64,000 nt of DNA from Candidatus Tenebribacter davisii (GTDB lineage Bacteria > Cloacimonadota > Cloacimonadia > Cloacimonadales > TCS61): NCBI GenBank assembly GCA_030765535.1, contig JAVCCH010000025.1:7871-71870 (forward strand), given 5' to 3'. The notes under the pieces were generated by a model. That model did no database searches. It was not told the origin of the DNA and worked only from the letters and a program-made list of their open reading frames with translations. The position numbers and the translations under genes are program-made. Below are positions 30,950 through 40,032 of the stretch, one piece after another. Positions within the stretch are counted from its first letter, which is position 1; each line of letters opens with the position of its first letter.

Positions 30950-31195
30950 TTATTTTAATATTACAAAGATATCATTGCCAACAACAACTATTACCCATTT
31001 TTCACCTACAGCTAGCACTGTATACTCAATACCTTCCAGATTTTCAATGTTGATCGATGTTATACTATCAAAATTATCTATAAGATATTCCTCAACTGTC
31101 ATTTTGTCCGGAATATCCAGATTATCCAAAGTTAGTGCTGTAACCAGTGTACTTAACATTAAAACTGCCATTAAACTAATAATCAATTTTTTCAT
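30950..31195 (-). CDS. Small (81 aa) secreted acidic protein
   Basis: GGAG RBS, signal peptide MKKLIISLMAVLMLSTLVTA, and an acidic mature part ending in a predicted beta-hairpin. Confidence 0.8.
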   Translation of the reverse strand: MKKLIISLMAVLMLSTLVTALTLDNLDIPDKMTVEEYLIDNFDSITSINIENLEGIEYTVLAVGEKWVIVVVGNDIFVILK

Positions 31196-31234
31196 AACTC
31201 TCTCCAATATTTTTAATTTCTTTTCCTATTAATA

Positions 31235-31261
31235 TATGTTCATTATATAGAAATTGGGACA
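31235..31261 (-). promoter_or_regulatory. Candidate ECF promoter TGTCCCA-N16-CATA
   Basis: On the minus strand, -35 at 31261-31255, an exact 16-nt spacer, and -10 at 31238-31235. Same geometry as the ECF41 motif TGTCACA-N16-CGTC; in the only GC-richer patch of the spacer. Confidence 0.5.
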
Positions 31262-31515
31262 CAGCCACTCAATAAAAAATAAAATAAATTATTTTATGCA
31301 AATTAATAAGGTTCTAACTTATTATATATCAATATAGTACAAGCATCAAAATTTTTTGTATTTTTTTTATATTTTTTTTAAGATTTTAAACAAATAATTA
31401 TTTATTAACTCTATAGTTAATTTTTTTGTTTAAACTCAACAGTTAAAAAATTTATTCTTGACGTGAATTCTCAGCATAGATTTATATTATAACAAATTTG
31501 GTAGAGAAGGGAAAA

Positions 31516-32484
31516 ATGATATATAATGATGATGATTTAATAGAATTGCAGCAATTATCATATAATTATTCTTTATATCGCACTGGTAATTTCGATCTAG
31601 CTAATGATATATCTATGAAGACTATCGGTATCTTTCTTCTTAAAGCTGATACCATTGATAAAGAGAATTCATCGGGTTGGATCATTAATACATCCAAGAA
31701 TCACATTCAATCACATTACAGAAGCTTTAAAAAAAATCAGGATAACATTGCAAAATATCGTCATGACCTTCTTGCAAAATTCAATCTTGATCCTTCACTA
31801 GAGACAGATTCACAATTGAAGGAAGCTTTTACAGAAGTTCTTCATACTCTAGATATTGAAGAGACAAAAATGATCCTCTTATATTTTCAATTAAAAGAAA
31901 AAACTAAGATCATGAATACCATACTTGATATTTCATATGAGGCGTTAAGAAAAAAAATATTCCGGATCAAACGTAAACTGAAAGCTGAAACTTACAAGAA
32001 ACTGGGTGTTATAGCTACAAAAAAGATCGTAACTCCGCAACTCAATAAATTGATCATTGATTTTTTAAAGAGTTTCAAAAAAAACCTGGAAGAAAATACA
32101 CTTGAGAAAATGTACTACTATTTTTCAAAAGTAGATCTGAATAAATTCAACCCTACCTATGAAATAAAAAAAATCGTAGAGTATGAGATCGAATTCAATG
32201 ATTCGATCTATAAGGTATGGGTTTTCTTCCAAAATAACAATAATGAAAGTGACTCCTTCTATATCAGATTTGTTATAGATGAAAAAAAACACTTAAAAAT
32301 ATTAACACCCCCTCAAAAAAGTGAGAAGATGTTTAAATTTAATAAAGATTCGGAAGAGGGCAAAAAGATATTGCAGATGCTGAAGTCTGCACCTGTTGAT
32401 AAGACCGGCTTAAGTCAATTTTCATCTGAAGAATTAGAAAAATTATTAAAGCAGATCCAGCAGAAACCAAATCCTGATAAATAG
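31516..32484 (+). CDS. ECF-type sigma factor with a ~165-aa C-terminal extension
   Basis: Region 2 'SYNYSLYRTGNFDLANDISMKT...GWIINTSKNHIQSHYR' and region 4 'LHTLDIEETKMILL...ILDISYEALRKKIFRIKRKL', followed by an extra alpha/beta domain. Confidence 0.75.
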   Translation: MIYNDDDLIELQQLSYNYSLYRTGNFDLANDISMKTIGIFLLKADTIDKENSSGWIINTSKNHIQSHYRSFKKNQDNIAKYRHDLLAKFNLDPSLETDSQLKEAFTEVLHTLDIEETKMILLYFQLKEKTKIMNTILDISYEALRKKIFRIKRKLKAETYKKLGVIATKKIVTPQLNKLIIDFLKSFKKNLEENTLEKMYYYFSKVDLNKFNPTYEIKKIVEYEIEFNDSIYKVWVFFQNNNNESDSFYIRFVIDEKKHLKILTPPQKSEKMFKFNKDSEEGKKILQMLKSAPVDKTGLSQFSSEELEKLLKQIQQKPNPDK

Positions 32485-32498
32485 ATAATTTGGTTAAA

Positions 32499-33785
32499 TT
32501 ATTTAAGCAGTATACATTTATTTGAAACTACTGATTTTCCATTTATTTCCATTATATAAAGATAAATTCCAGAAGAAACAGGTTGATTTTTAGTATCAGT
32601 TCCGTCCCAGATTACATTGAATTTATTTTTTTCTTGTTCTTCTATTTCGCTCAGAATGACAGTAAGGTCTTTAACTTTTTGGCCTTTTAAATTAAATATT
32701 TTTATTTGTATGTTTTCGGTATTCTGGGTGTTAACTTCACATGAAATAGTCGTTTCTGAATTGAAGGGATTAGGGTAATTGGTTAAACTGCAAGCAGTTT
32801 TAGGGAGTTGTTTATCATTTGCAGAAACGATATCAGGAACTATTTTAATATCAGTTGCATATGAACCTACAGTGTATTCATTTAAGAGAGATTCATTAAT
32901 ATCAAATACTTTCACAGTGAAATCCTGTCCCCATAATCCGCCTAGAACGAACAGGTTATCATCTGTAGAAGTGACCATACTACCACCGGGAATAAATGGA
33001 TTAGTAACATCGTATATTATTTCATAAGTTTCTGCATTATAGGCATAAAGTGAAGTGCCATTACCATCTGCAATATAAATAGTATTATTTACCATCAAAG
33101 CAAAATTACTTGTTATTCCCCCAATATCCAGAGTGCTCTCAACCGTATTTGAAGCAGGATCTATTATGCAGATCTTACCAGGAATAGTAACCCAGTCTCC
33201 CCCGCAACTCACATGGATCTTACCATTGACTGCTGCCAGGAATTGCGGATTCACTTCAGTCGGGATAGTTGTATCAACGCTGAATGTTTCAAGATCGATA
33301 ACACTGACACTGCAATTGGAATATCCGGTTCCATAATCACTATTACCCACATATAACTTCCCATTCAAAATAGCCATTCCAGCAGGATTCCCGCCAACTT
33401 GAATAGAGGATTCAACAACATCTGTGGCAAGATCGATCTTATAGACCTTATTTATCATTCCACCTGTAGTATAGGCATCATCACCATATATAATTAAATC
33501 ATAAGGATTCGATGAGTTCTCAATATATATATTCGTGATCGTACTGCCGGTATTTATATCGATCTTCTGTACACTGTTATCCCAAGAATTTACAACATAT
33601 GCAAATTCAGTTGTTAAGGCAACCCTGTTTGGCGAAGAACCCAGAACACTGTACACATTGTCTACCTCACCTGTGTCGAAATCAATTCTGGACAAAGTCT
33701 CACTTCCTGAATTAACTATAAATCCTACAGACCCCCATAAATTTATTGTTAAGAATATTATTACAATTATTAAATTTTTTTTCAT
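32499..33785 (-). CDS. YncE/BtuG-like beta-propeller with a FlgD/T9SS-like C-terminal domain
   Basis: Repeats 'AYVVNSWDNSVQKID', 'KLYVGNS' and 'SVSVIDLET'; CTD 'NYPNPFNSETTI...WDGTD...SSGIYLY...KCILLK'; last gene of the btu block. Confidence 0.75.
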   Translation of the reverse strand: MKKNLIIVIIFLTINLWGSVGFIVNSGSETLSRIDFDTGEVDNVYSVLGSSPNRVALTTEFAYVVNSWDNSVQKIDINTGSTITNIYIENSSNPYDLIIYGDDAYTTGGMINKVYKIDLATDVVESSIQVGGNPAGMAILNGKLYVGNSDYGTGYSNCSVSVIDLETFSVDTTIPTEVNPQFLAAVNGKIHVSCGGDWVTIPGKICIIDPASNTVESTLDIGGITSNFALMVNNTIYIADGNGTSLYAYNAETYEIIYDVTNPFIPGGSMVTSTDDNLFVLGGLWGQDFTVKVFDINESLLNEYTVGSYATDIKIVPDIVSANDKQLPKTACSLTNYPNPFNSETTISCEVNTQNTENIQIKIFNLKGQKVKDLTVILSEIEEQEKNKFNVIWDGTDTKNQPVSSGIYLYIMEINGKSVVSNKCILLK

Positions 33786-33801
33786 TTTTTCCATCCTTGA
33801 A

Positions 33802-35934
33802 TCATATTTTATATTCAATTCCCAAATTTATTTCCCAGTTAATTCCGGGTCGTGGTACATGATCATAAATTTCATATAATTTATTCATTATATTATCCAC
33901 TTTAATGGAAGGTGTAACCCTGAAATTCTGCCAAACCACTGAATATTCCACTCCGGCATTTAAGAGATCATATGCAGCAAGTTGATGTTCTGTAGTGGAT
34001 TGATCAGAATTTGTCCATTGTTCTCCAATAAGTTTATAAGAGATATTCCCCTTAAATTTTCTCGTTCTTATCTTAAGGTTTATATTAAGAGAATGATCCG
34101 GCACATAGAGAATTTTACTGTCATAATTAGGATCATTTTCAGTTCTATTCACGGCAGAGCTTTTTGTATATATCGTAACAAGTTCCATAAATTTATATGG
34201 TTTAACATTCACTTCAAGTTCCCAGTTATCAACCTCTGCAGTTGAGAGATTTCTGGGTTTCCACTTACTCCATTCATCTCTAAACCAAATGATCATATCA
34301 TCAATATCATCATGTCGATAAGTAACTTTAAAAATGTACTTTGAAATTATAAATTTGGAAAAGATCTGCCAGCTTAATGAACCTTCTGGTTTTAGATCGG
34401 GATTACCCGATACATGACTGTCTCCTTTCCAAAATAGATTGTAGTAAGAAGGTAACGTATAACCGTTTGCTACATTCCCGCCTAATGAGATCATAAAATA
34501 ATTCTCATAGGAAAATTCCGGTTCCAATTTCCAGCTTGTATGATCATCAAAGCCCGTAGTATTATCCCAACGTGCTGATCCGGTTAAACTTGTAATATAC
34601 GGAAAGTGTTTTTGTCTGAGCTTAGTTTTTCCAAAAACGGCAAAGTTTTCTCTAAAAACTTTTTCAGTTGATTGTTCCGGATAATTCAAATCTGTATATT
34701 TAAATTCCTCATAACGGTAATCTCCACCCCAATCAATGTAGAAGATATCACTTAAATATTCCGAATGAAGTTTTACCTCTCTGCTTTGTTGCTTGTTCCT
34801 GGCTAAAGTTGCCAGATAAATATTTTGTGCCCAGGGATCGTCAAGCCGAGTATTATCATAAACAGACTTATCAAGTGAATAATAGAGATCAGCTTTTAGA
34901 TTATAATCCATTATCTTTCTGGAGTAATTAAAAACATGTTTTTGTGTTTGTCCTGTTAATCGGCTGTTTTTATACCATTCCAGAGATTCAATATTACCAG
35001 GTAATTTTCTAAAGAAATCCTGGAAAAGTAATTTATATGCAAACATGCCAATGGGACTAGTATATGCTAGATTTAAATTTGCGTCATAAATAGATTTCTC
35101 GTTATGTTCTCTTACCTTCAAAATATCCGGATCATTCTGTGGAATATAGGTAAAATCATTGCGGGTAAAACTTTTTCTAAAGTAGGCATAAATCTGAACT
35201 TTAGATGTTGACCTGGATAGTGCAATTGAATGTTGATCCAGACCAAAAGAACCGAAAGTATGAACAGCATTAATCTTGTATCTACTTTGTGCCTGTTTTG
35301 TATTAATATTTATTATTCCGCCCATTGAACCAGCTCCAGCTATACTGCTTGAACTTCCTTTCACAACTTCTATACTCTCTATGATCTCAGCTGGAATGGT
35401 CGAAATATCAAAAGCGGTCCCACTTTTATTTAAGGGAATTCCATCCAGCATTATAAGTGTGTGACGTGCTTTATAACCGGGGAAGATTATCTTCTGTTCT
35501 TCTCCGAAAAGTGGTAATCCTGATATTTGCAGATCAGAGCTTTCGCGCAGTATATCAGCTGCTGAGCCTGAATTATTTTCAGATCTTATCACAATAACCT
35601 CACTTGAACCAATTAATCCTTTCTGCATTTCTTCGATCACTCTTAATCCCTGGATCGTTATAACTTTATCTTGTAGAATCACTGTTTTTTCAATGTTGCC
35701 GGCTGCTTCTGTTTTATCTTGATAATTAATCTTATGAAATTTTACCTCATCTTCTGCCGATACATTATTAATATTGAAATAACCATTTTTTTGTGATATT
35801 ATTGCTTTATCTTTGTAAGTAATTATCACATCACGAATTGGTTTTCCGGCATCATTCACTACTCTGGCTGTTATATTTAAACTTAATAATTTAATCGTAA
35901 TAAAAAATATAATCACCAATATCTTAACTCGCAT
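33802..35934 (-). CDS. btuB: TonB-dependent receptor, likely cobalamin (BtuB-like)
   Basis: N-terminal carboxypeptidase-like domain; plug 'LIMLDGIPLN...IESIEVVKGSSS...GGIINI'; 'NPDLKPE'; C-terminal 'DNIMNKLYE...GIEYKI'; btu context. Confidence 0.8.
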   Translation of the reverse strand: MRVKILVIIFFITIKLLSLNITARVVNDAGKPIRDVIITYKDKAIISQKNGYFNINNVSAEDEVKFHKINYQDKTEAAGNIEKTVILQDKVITIQGLRVIEEMQKGLIGSSEVIVIRSENNSGSAADILRESSDLQISGLPLFGEEQKIIFPGYKARHTLIMLDGIPLNKSGTAFDISTIPAEIIESIEVVKGSSSSIAGAGSMGGIININTKQAQSRYKINAVHTFGSFGLDQHSIALSRSTSKVQIYAYFRKSFTRNDFTYIPQNDPDILKVREHNEKSIYDANLNLAYTSPIGMFAYKLLFQDFFRKLPGNIESLEWYKNSRLTGQTQKHVFNYSRKIMDYNLKADLYYSLDKSVYDNTRLDDPWAQNIYLATLARNKQQSREVKLHSEYLSDIFYIDWGGDYRYEEFKYTDLNYPEQSTEKVFRENFAVFGKTKLRQKHFPYITSLTGSARWDNTTGFDDHTSWKLEPEFSYENYFMISLGGNVANGYTLPSYYNLFWKGDSHVSGNPDLKPEGSLSWQIFSKFIISKYIFKVTYRHDDIDDMIIWFRDEWSKWKPRNLSTAEVDNWELEVNVKPYKFMELVTIYTKSSAVNRTENDPNYDSKILYVPDHSLNINLKIRTRKFKGNISYKLIGEQWTNSDQSTTEHQLAAYDLLNAGVEYSVVWQNFRVTPSIKVDNIMNKLYEIYDHVPRPGINWEINLGIEYKI

Positions 35935-36706
35935 TTTTCCCCGGATATATTAAATTTGGTTTTCCCGAAACAGGATTTTTTATTATTTCCAGTTCAGCAT
36001 TGTATAATTCTTTCAGATTCTCGGAATTCACAATTTTCTCTGGTTTACCATCAGCTATCACAACACCTTCTTTCAGCATGATTATTCTTTCACAATATTC
36101 GCTTGCTAAATTTATATTATGTGAAACCAGAATTATCAGCTTATTGTGTTCCATATTAATATCTGAAAGCAGCTGCATAATTTCCAGTTGATGATTTATA
36201 TCAAGATTTGCAAATGCTTCATCCATCAATAACACCTGTGTCTCCTGAGCCAATGCTCTGGCAATAGATACACGCCTGCGTTCCCCACCACTGAGTTGAG
36301 AGTATAATTTATTTTTAAATGGAACAAGATCAAGCTGAGTTAAAATATGTTGAACAATTTTCTTATCATTTTTTGAGTAGTTCTGCCAGCGTCCAAGATA
36401 CGGGAATCTTCCCATTAATACAAGATCCTCAATTGTGTAATCAAACTGGAGCTGGAAATCCTGCGGGATTATTGCTATCTGTCTGGCAAGTTCCTGCCGT
36501 GACCAGGTATTAAACTCTTTACCTGAAATATATACTTCCCCTGTTTTCTCAAGCTGAAAATCTATAATTGACCTCAGTAAAGTGGATTTCCCAGCACCAT
36601 TAGGTCCTAGAAGAGCACAGAATTCCCCTGTATGAAAATCTATTGAAAGATTGTTCAATACTCTTTTTTGCTGGTATGAAACACATATATCTTTTAACTT
36701 TATCAT
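35924..36706 (-). CDS. btuD: Cobalamin/siderophore ABC transporter ATPase
   Basis: 'GPNGAGKST', 'LSGGERRRVSIARALAQ', 'LMDEAFANLD' and 'SHNINLA'; its stop overlaps the btuB start. Confidence 0.85.
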   Translation of the reverse strand: MIKLKDICVSYQQKRVLNNLSIDFHTGEFCALLGPNGAGKSTLLRSIIDFQLEKTGEVYISGKEFNTWSRQELARQIAIIPQDFQLQFDYTIEDLVLMGRFPYLGRWQNYSKNDKKIVQHILTQLDLVPFKNKLYSQLSGGERRRVSIARALAQETQVLLMDEAFANLDINHQLEIMQLLSDINMEHNKLIILVSHNINLASEYCERIIMLKEGVVIADGKPEKIVNSENLKELYNAELEIIKNPVSGKPNLIYPGKNAS

Positions 36707-36779
36707 TTTTTTACCTTTTCCCAAAATATTACTTGCTAATTCATACTAATTTTATATGTTATACTCTAAGGAGATGATA

Positions 36780-37190
36780 ATGAATATTTCAACGAAGACA
36801 GAATATGCTGTAAGAGCTTTATCTGAACTTGCTCTAAGATCAACTGACAAGCCTGTTTCCATTAATGACATCTGTAAAAGCCAGAATCTCCCTGTGAAAT
36901 ATGTTGAACAACTTTTCCGCAAATTGAAACAGAATGAACTCATAATAAGTATCCATGGAGCTAAAGGCGGATATCAACTTGCCAAAGAGATGAATATTAT
37001 CTCACTCAAAGATATTATGCTGGCCGTTGATGAGAATTATGTTACTTCGGTCTGCTCTGGAAATCCGGAAGGACGAACCCACTGTATCGGGTTACCATGC
37101 GGATTTAAACAATTGTGGGATGAAATAAAAGAACATATGGAACAATATTTTGACTCAATAAAACTGAGTCAGATCGTGGCAAAACTATAG
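36780..37190 (+). CDS. Rrf2 family regulator (IscR-like, 3 Cys)
   Basis: 'TKTEYAVRAL', 'YVEQLFRKL', 'GAKGGYQL' and C-x9-C-x4-C; AAGGAG RBS. Confidence 0.9.
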   Translation: MNISTKTEYAVRALSELALRSTDKPVSINDICKSQNLPVKYVEQLFRKLKQNELIISIHGAKGGYQLAKEMNIISLKDIMLAVDENYVTSVCSGNPEGRTHCIGLPCGFKQLWDEIKEHMEQYFDSIKLSQIVAKL

Positions 37191-37198
37191 GAGAATTT

Positions 37199-38365
37199 AT
37201 GGAAAAAATATATTTTGATAATTGCTTAACATCTAAGCCTGCACCGGAAGTTATTGAAACAATAACTGAATTTATGAAAAATAAATATTACTTCCCTGCC
37301 AATTTCATTGCAACAGGAACTGAAGCAGCAAATAATTTAGCTAAGGCTAAAAAGATTGTCGCAGATTCAATAGGAGCAAATTCTAAGGAGATCCATTTCA
37401 CATCTGGAGGAACTGCTGCAAATAACCTGGCAATAAAAGGTTATCTTACTGCAAATTCAAATAAAGGAACCCACATTATTTGTTCAGTTATCGATTACCC
37501 TGACCTTCTTACTAATGCTGCTTTCTTTGAGGAAAGTGGTTTTGATGTTACATATCTTCAGGCTGATAATGATGGATTTATTGATCTTGAACAGCTTAAA
37601 GAATCAATCAGAGAAGATACTGTATTATTTATGACCACTATGGTTAATCATACAGTTGGAACAATTCAACCCTTAAAAGAGATCCGAGAAATATTAGATA
37701 GCTCCAAGCATAAGATCGCAATGCATATTGATGCCTGTGAAGCCTATGCACGAGTACCTGTAAATGTAGATGAGCTTGGGATAGACCTTATGTCAATAAG
37801 TGCTCACAAGATCCATGGACCTCAAGGTATTGGAGCTTTATATCAACGAAAAGGAATCGTTTTAGGTCAAGTTCAACACGGTATCAACCGAATGGATAAT
37901 TTACAGACAGGCGGATTAAATACAGCATCTATTGCAGGATTTGCTAAAGCTATAGAACTAGCCTTCAGTAACTTGGACGAGAATATTTCACAGATCCGTA
38001 AACTTTCTACTTACTTATTGAATAAAATAGAATCCACAATTTCAGACACTTTATTAAATGGTCCTCGTGGCAATAAACGTGCTTCACATAATATAAATAT
38101 TTCGTTTGATTATATCGAAGGTGAAGCAATTATGATGATGATGGAAATGAATGGTGTTTCTATTTCTACAGGAAGTGCCTGTGCTTCCCAGGGTTTAAAA
38201 CCAAATTATGTTTTAATGGCTTTGGGCAGAAGTCATGAACAATCACACAGTTCAATGAAATTCACACTTAGCAGATATAATACATTCCAAGAGATAGACT
38301 ACACCGTAGAAAAGCTTGCAGAAGTAGTTAAAGAACTTCGTTCACGAAGTCCGCTGTGTAATTAA
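37199..38365 (+). CDS. iscS: IscS/NifS-family cysteine desulfurase homolog with altered substrate-binding residues
   Basis: 'FTSGGT..NNLAIKG', PLP Lys in 'SAHK(204)' and the Cys loop 'STGSAC(328)' are retained; Y100, H151, E181, G239 and K354 are non-canonical. Confidence 0.8.
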   Translation: MEKIYFDNCLTSKPAPEVIETITEFMKNKYYFPANFIATGTEAANNLAKAKKIVADSIGANSKEIHFTSGGTAANNLAIKGYLTANSNKGTHIICSVIDYPDLLTNAAFFEESGFDVTYLQADNDGFIDLEQLKESIREDTVLFMTTMVNHTVGTIQPLKEIREILDSSKHKIAMHIDACEAYARVPVNVDELGIDLMSISAHKIHGPQGIGALYQRKGIVLGQVQHGINRMDNLQTGGLNTASIAGFAKAIELAFSNLDENISQIRKLSTYLLNKIESTISDTLLNGPRGNKRASHNINISFDYIEGEAIMMMMEMNGVSISTGSACASQGLKPNYVLMALGRSHEQSHSSMKFTLSRYNTFQEIDYTVEKLAEVVKELRSRSPLCN

Positions 38366-38392
38366 TTTATAAAGACAAATAAGGAGAATATT

Positions 38393-39013
38393 ATGCAATA
38401 TTCACAAAAGGTACTAGATCATTTTATGAAGCCACACAATATAGGTAAATTAGAAGATCCTGATGCTGCTGCTACCGAAGGAAGTCCAGCTTGTGGTGAC
38501 CAGATCTCGATATTTCTAAAAATTCATCCTGAGACACATATCATCGAAGATATTAAATTCCAATCATACGGCTGCGCTTCCAACATCGCTACAGGTTCCA
38601 TTATCACAGATATGGCAATGGGGAAAACTATTGAAGAGGCTAAGGACATAACCTGGAAAGGTGCTGCTGAGGAACTTGATGGTCTACCGGCAGTAAAAAT
38701 GCACTGTTCTGTTCTTGCAGTAGATACACTTAAGAAAGCTATCAAGAAATACGAGATCGAACATGGTCTGGCAGAAGAAGAAGCATTTACTAAAGATACT
38801 ATTATAGAAGAACTCAAGAAAGTTATCTATCCAGGTGTAGGAGAAGATATCATCACCCTTAAAATGGTCAAGTATGTCGGTTTTGAAAATGGTGTAGCTA
38901 TCGTTGATGTAGAAATTCCCAAATTCGATACACATCGTGATAATGTAGCGGAAGAGATAAAAGAACATTTAGAAGTATTCAAAGAAATCAAAGAAGTAAA
39001 AATTACACTATAA
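38393..39013 (+). CDS. iscU: IscU/NifU scaffold fused to a C-terminal DUF59 (SufT/MIP18-like) domain
   Basis: 'PACGD', 'YGCAS' and 'KMHCS', followed by 'IIEELKKVIYPGVGEDIITLKMV'. Confidence 0.88.
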   Translation: MQYSQKVLDHFMKPHNIGKLEDPDAAATEGSPACGDQISIFLKIHPETHIIEDIKFQSYGCASNIATGSIITDMAMGKTIEEAKDITWKGAAEELDGLPAVKMHCSVLAVDTLKKAIKKYEIEHGLAEEEAFTKDTIIEELKKVIYPGVGEDIITLKMVKYVGFENGVAIVDVEIPKFDTHRDNVAEEIKEHLEVFKEIKEVKITL

Positions 39014-39033
39014 TATTTCATATCATCTTATCT

Positions 39034-39064
39034 AAAACCTTCGGGAATACCCGGAGGTTTTTTA
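39034..39064 (+). terminator. Intrinsic terminator of the Fe-S cassette
   Basis: AAAACCTTCGGG-AATA-CCCGGAGGTTTT with one G-U pair on the plus strand (an A-C mismatch on the minus strand), followed by a T-run. Confidence 0.85.
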
Positions 39065-39108
39065 TTTCATCCCACTCTATACACTTATAAAGAACTATAT
39101 TACAATTT

Positions 39109-40032
39109 TTATTTACTTTTTGCCATAATGAACAGGAAGAAAGGACAACCTAGAAATGCAGTAATTATTCCTACTGGAATTTCTATAATCGTGATGTTCA
39201 TAGCAATAAGATCACACATTATTAAAAGTACTGCTCCGAATATTGCTGAGTAAATGATCCCAGTTCTCTTATTCCCACCCGAGATCATACGGACAATATG
39301 TGGAACAATAAGACCGATAAATCCGATTATACCTGCATAAGCAACAGTAATCCCAGTAAGAAGTGAACTAATTATAAAAATCTTTCTACGCAGTTTTTTC
39401 ACATCAATACCTAGGCTGCCGGCAATGATATCACCGGTTGTCAGTATCATTAACTTTCGTGACAGCAGGAATAAATACAACATCAATAAGATTGAAATTA
39501 TAAATACGATCACGAAATAAAACCATTCCCTACGGCTGAAAATATGGCCTAGATTACCCATCAGCACGTTGATGATATTCCCTATATCCTGCTGATTGAA
39601 ATACATGATAAGTGAGATAAAAGCTGAGAAGAACATTCCTACAATAATACCGGAAAGCAGCAATTTAGTTCTATTAAAAAATCCACCTAAATGTGCCAGG
39701 AACCAGACGATAGTTAATGAGATCAATGCTCCCGCAAATCCAAACAACGGCATGAATAGATATAAACCCAGAATTCCTGCTAATATGCTTCCAAATGCTG
39801 CACCGGAAGATATACCTAGAATGTACGGTTCGGCTAAAGGATTATTTAGCATTATCTGGAAAGAATAACCAACACCGGACAGTATAAATCCTACGAGGAA
39901 TGCCAGCATAATTCGCGGTAATCTCACAGCAATTAAGATATGTGTTGTAGGCTTATTTATAAAAAGATAGAACACAACCAGCAGGATGGAAAAGATACCA
40001 AAAAGAATGAATATCCATTTCCTATTTTTCAT
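39109..40032 (-). CDS. btuC: FecCD/BtuC family ABC permease
   Basis: 'VRLPRI', 'NNPLAEPYILGISSGA' and 'GIIGFIGLIVPHIVR'. Confidence 0.88.
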   Translation of the reverse strand: MKNRKWIFILFGIFSILLVVFYLFINKPTTHILIAVRLPRIMLAFLVGFILSGVGYSFQIMLNNPLAEPYILGISSGAAFGSILAGILGLYLFMPLFGFAGALISLTIVWFLAHLGGFFNRTKLLLSGIIVGMFFSAFISLIMYFNQQDIGNIINVLMGNLGHIFSRREWFYFVIVFIISILLMLYLFLLSRKLMILTTGDIIAGSLGIDVKKLRRKIFIISSLLTGITVAYAGIIGFIGLIVPHIVRMISGGNKRTGIIYSAIFGAVLLIMCDLIAMNITIIEIPVGIITAFLGCPFFLFIMAKSK

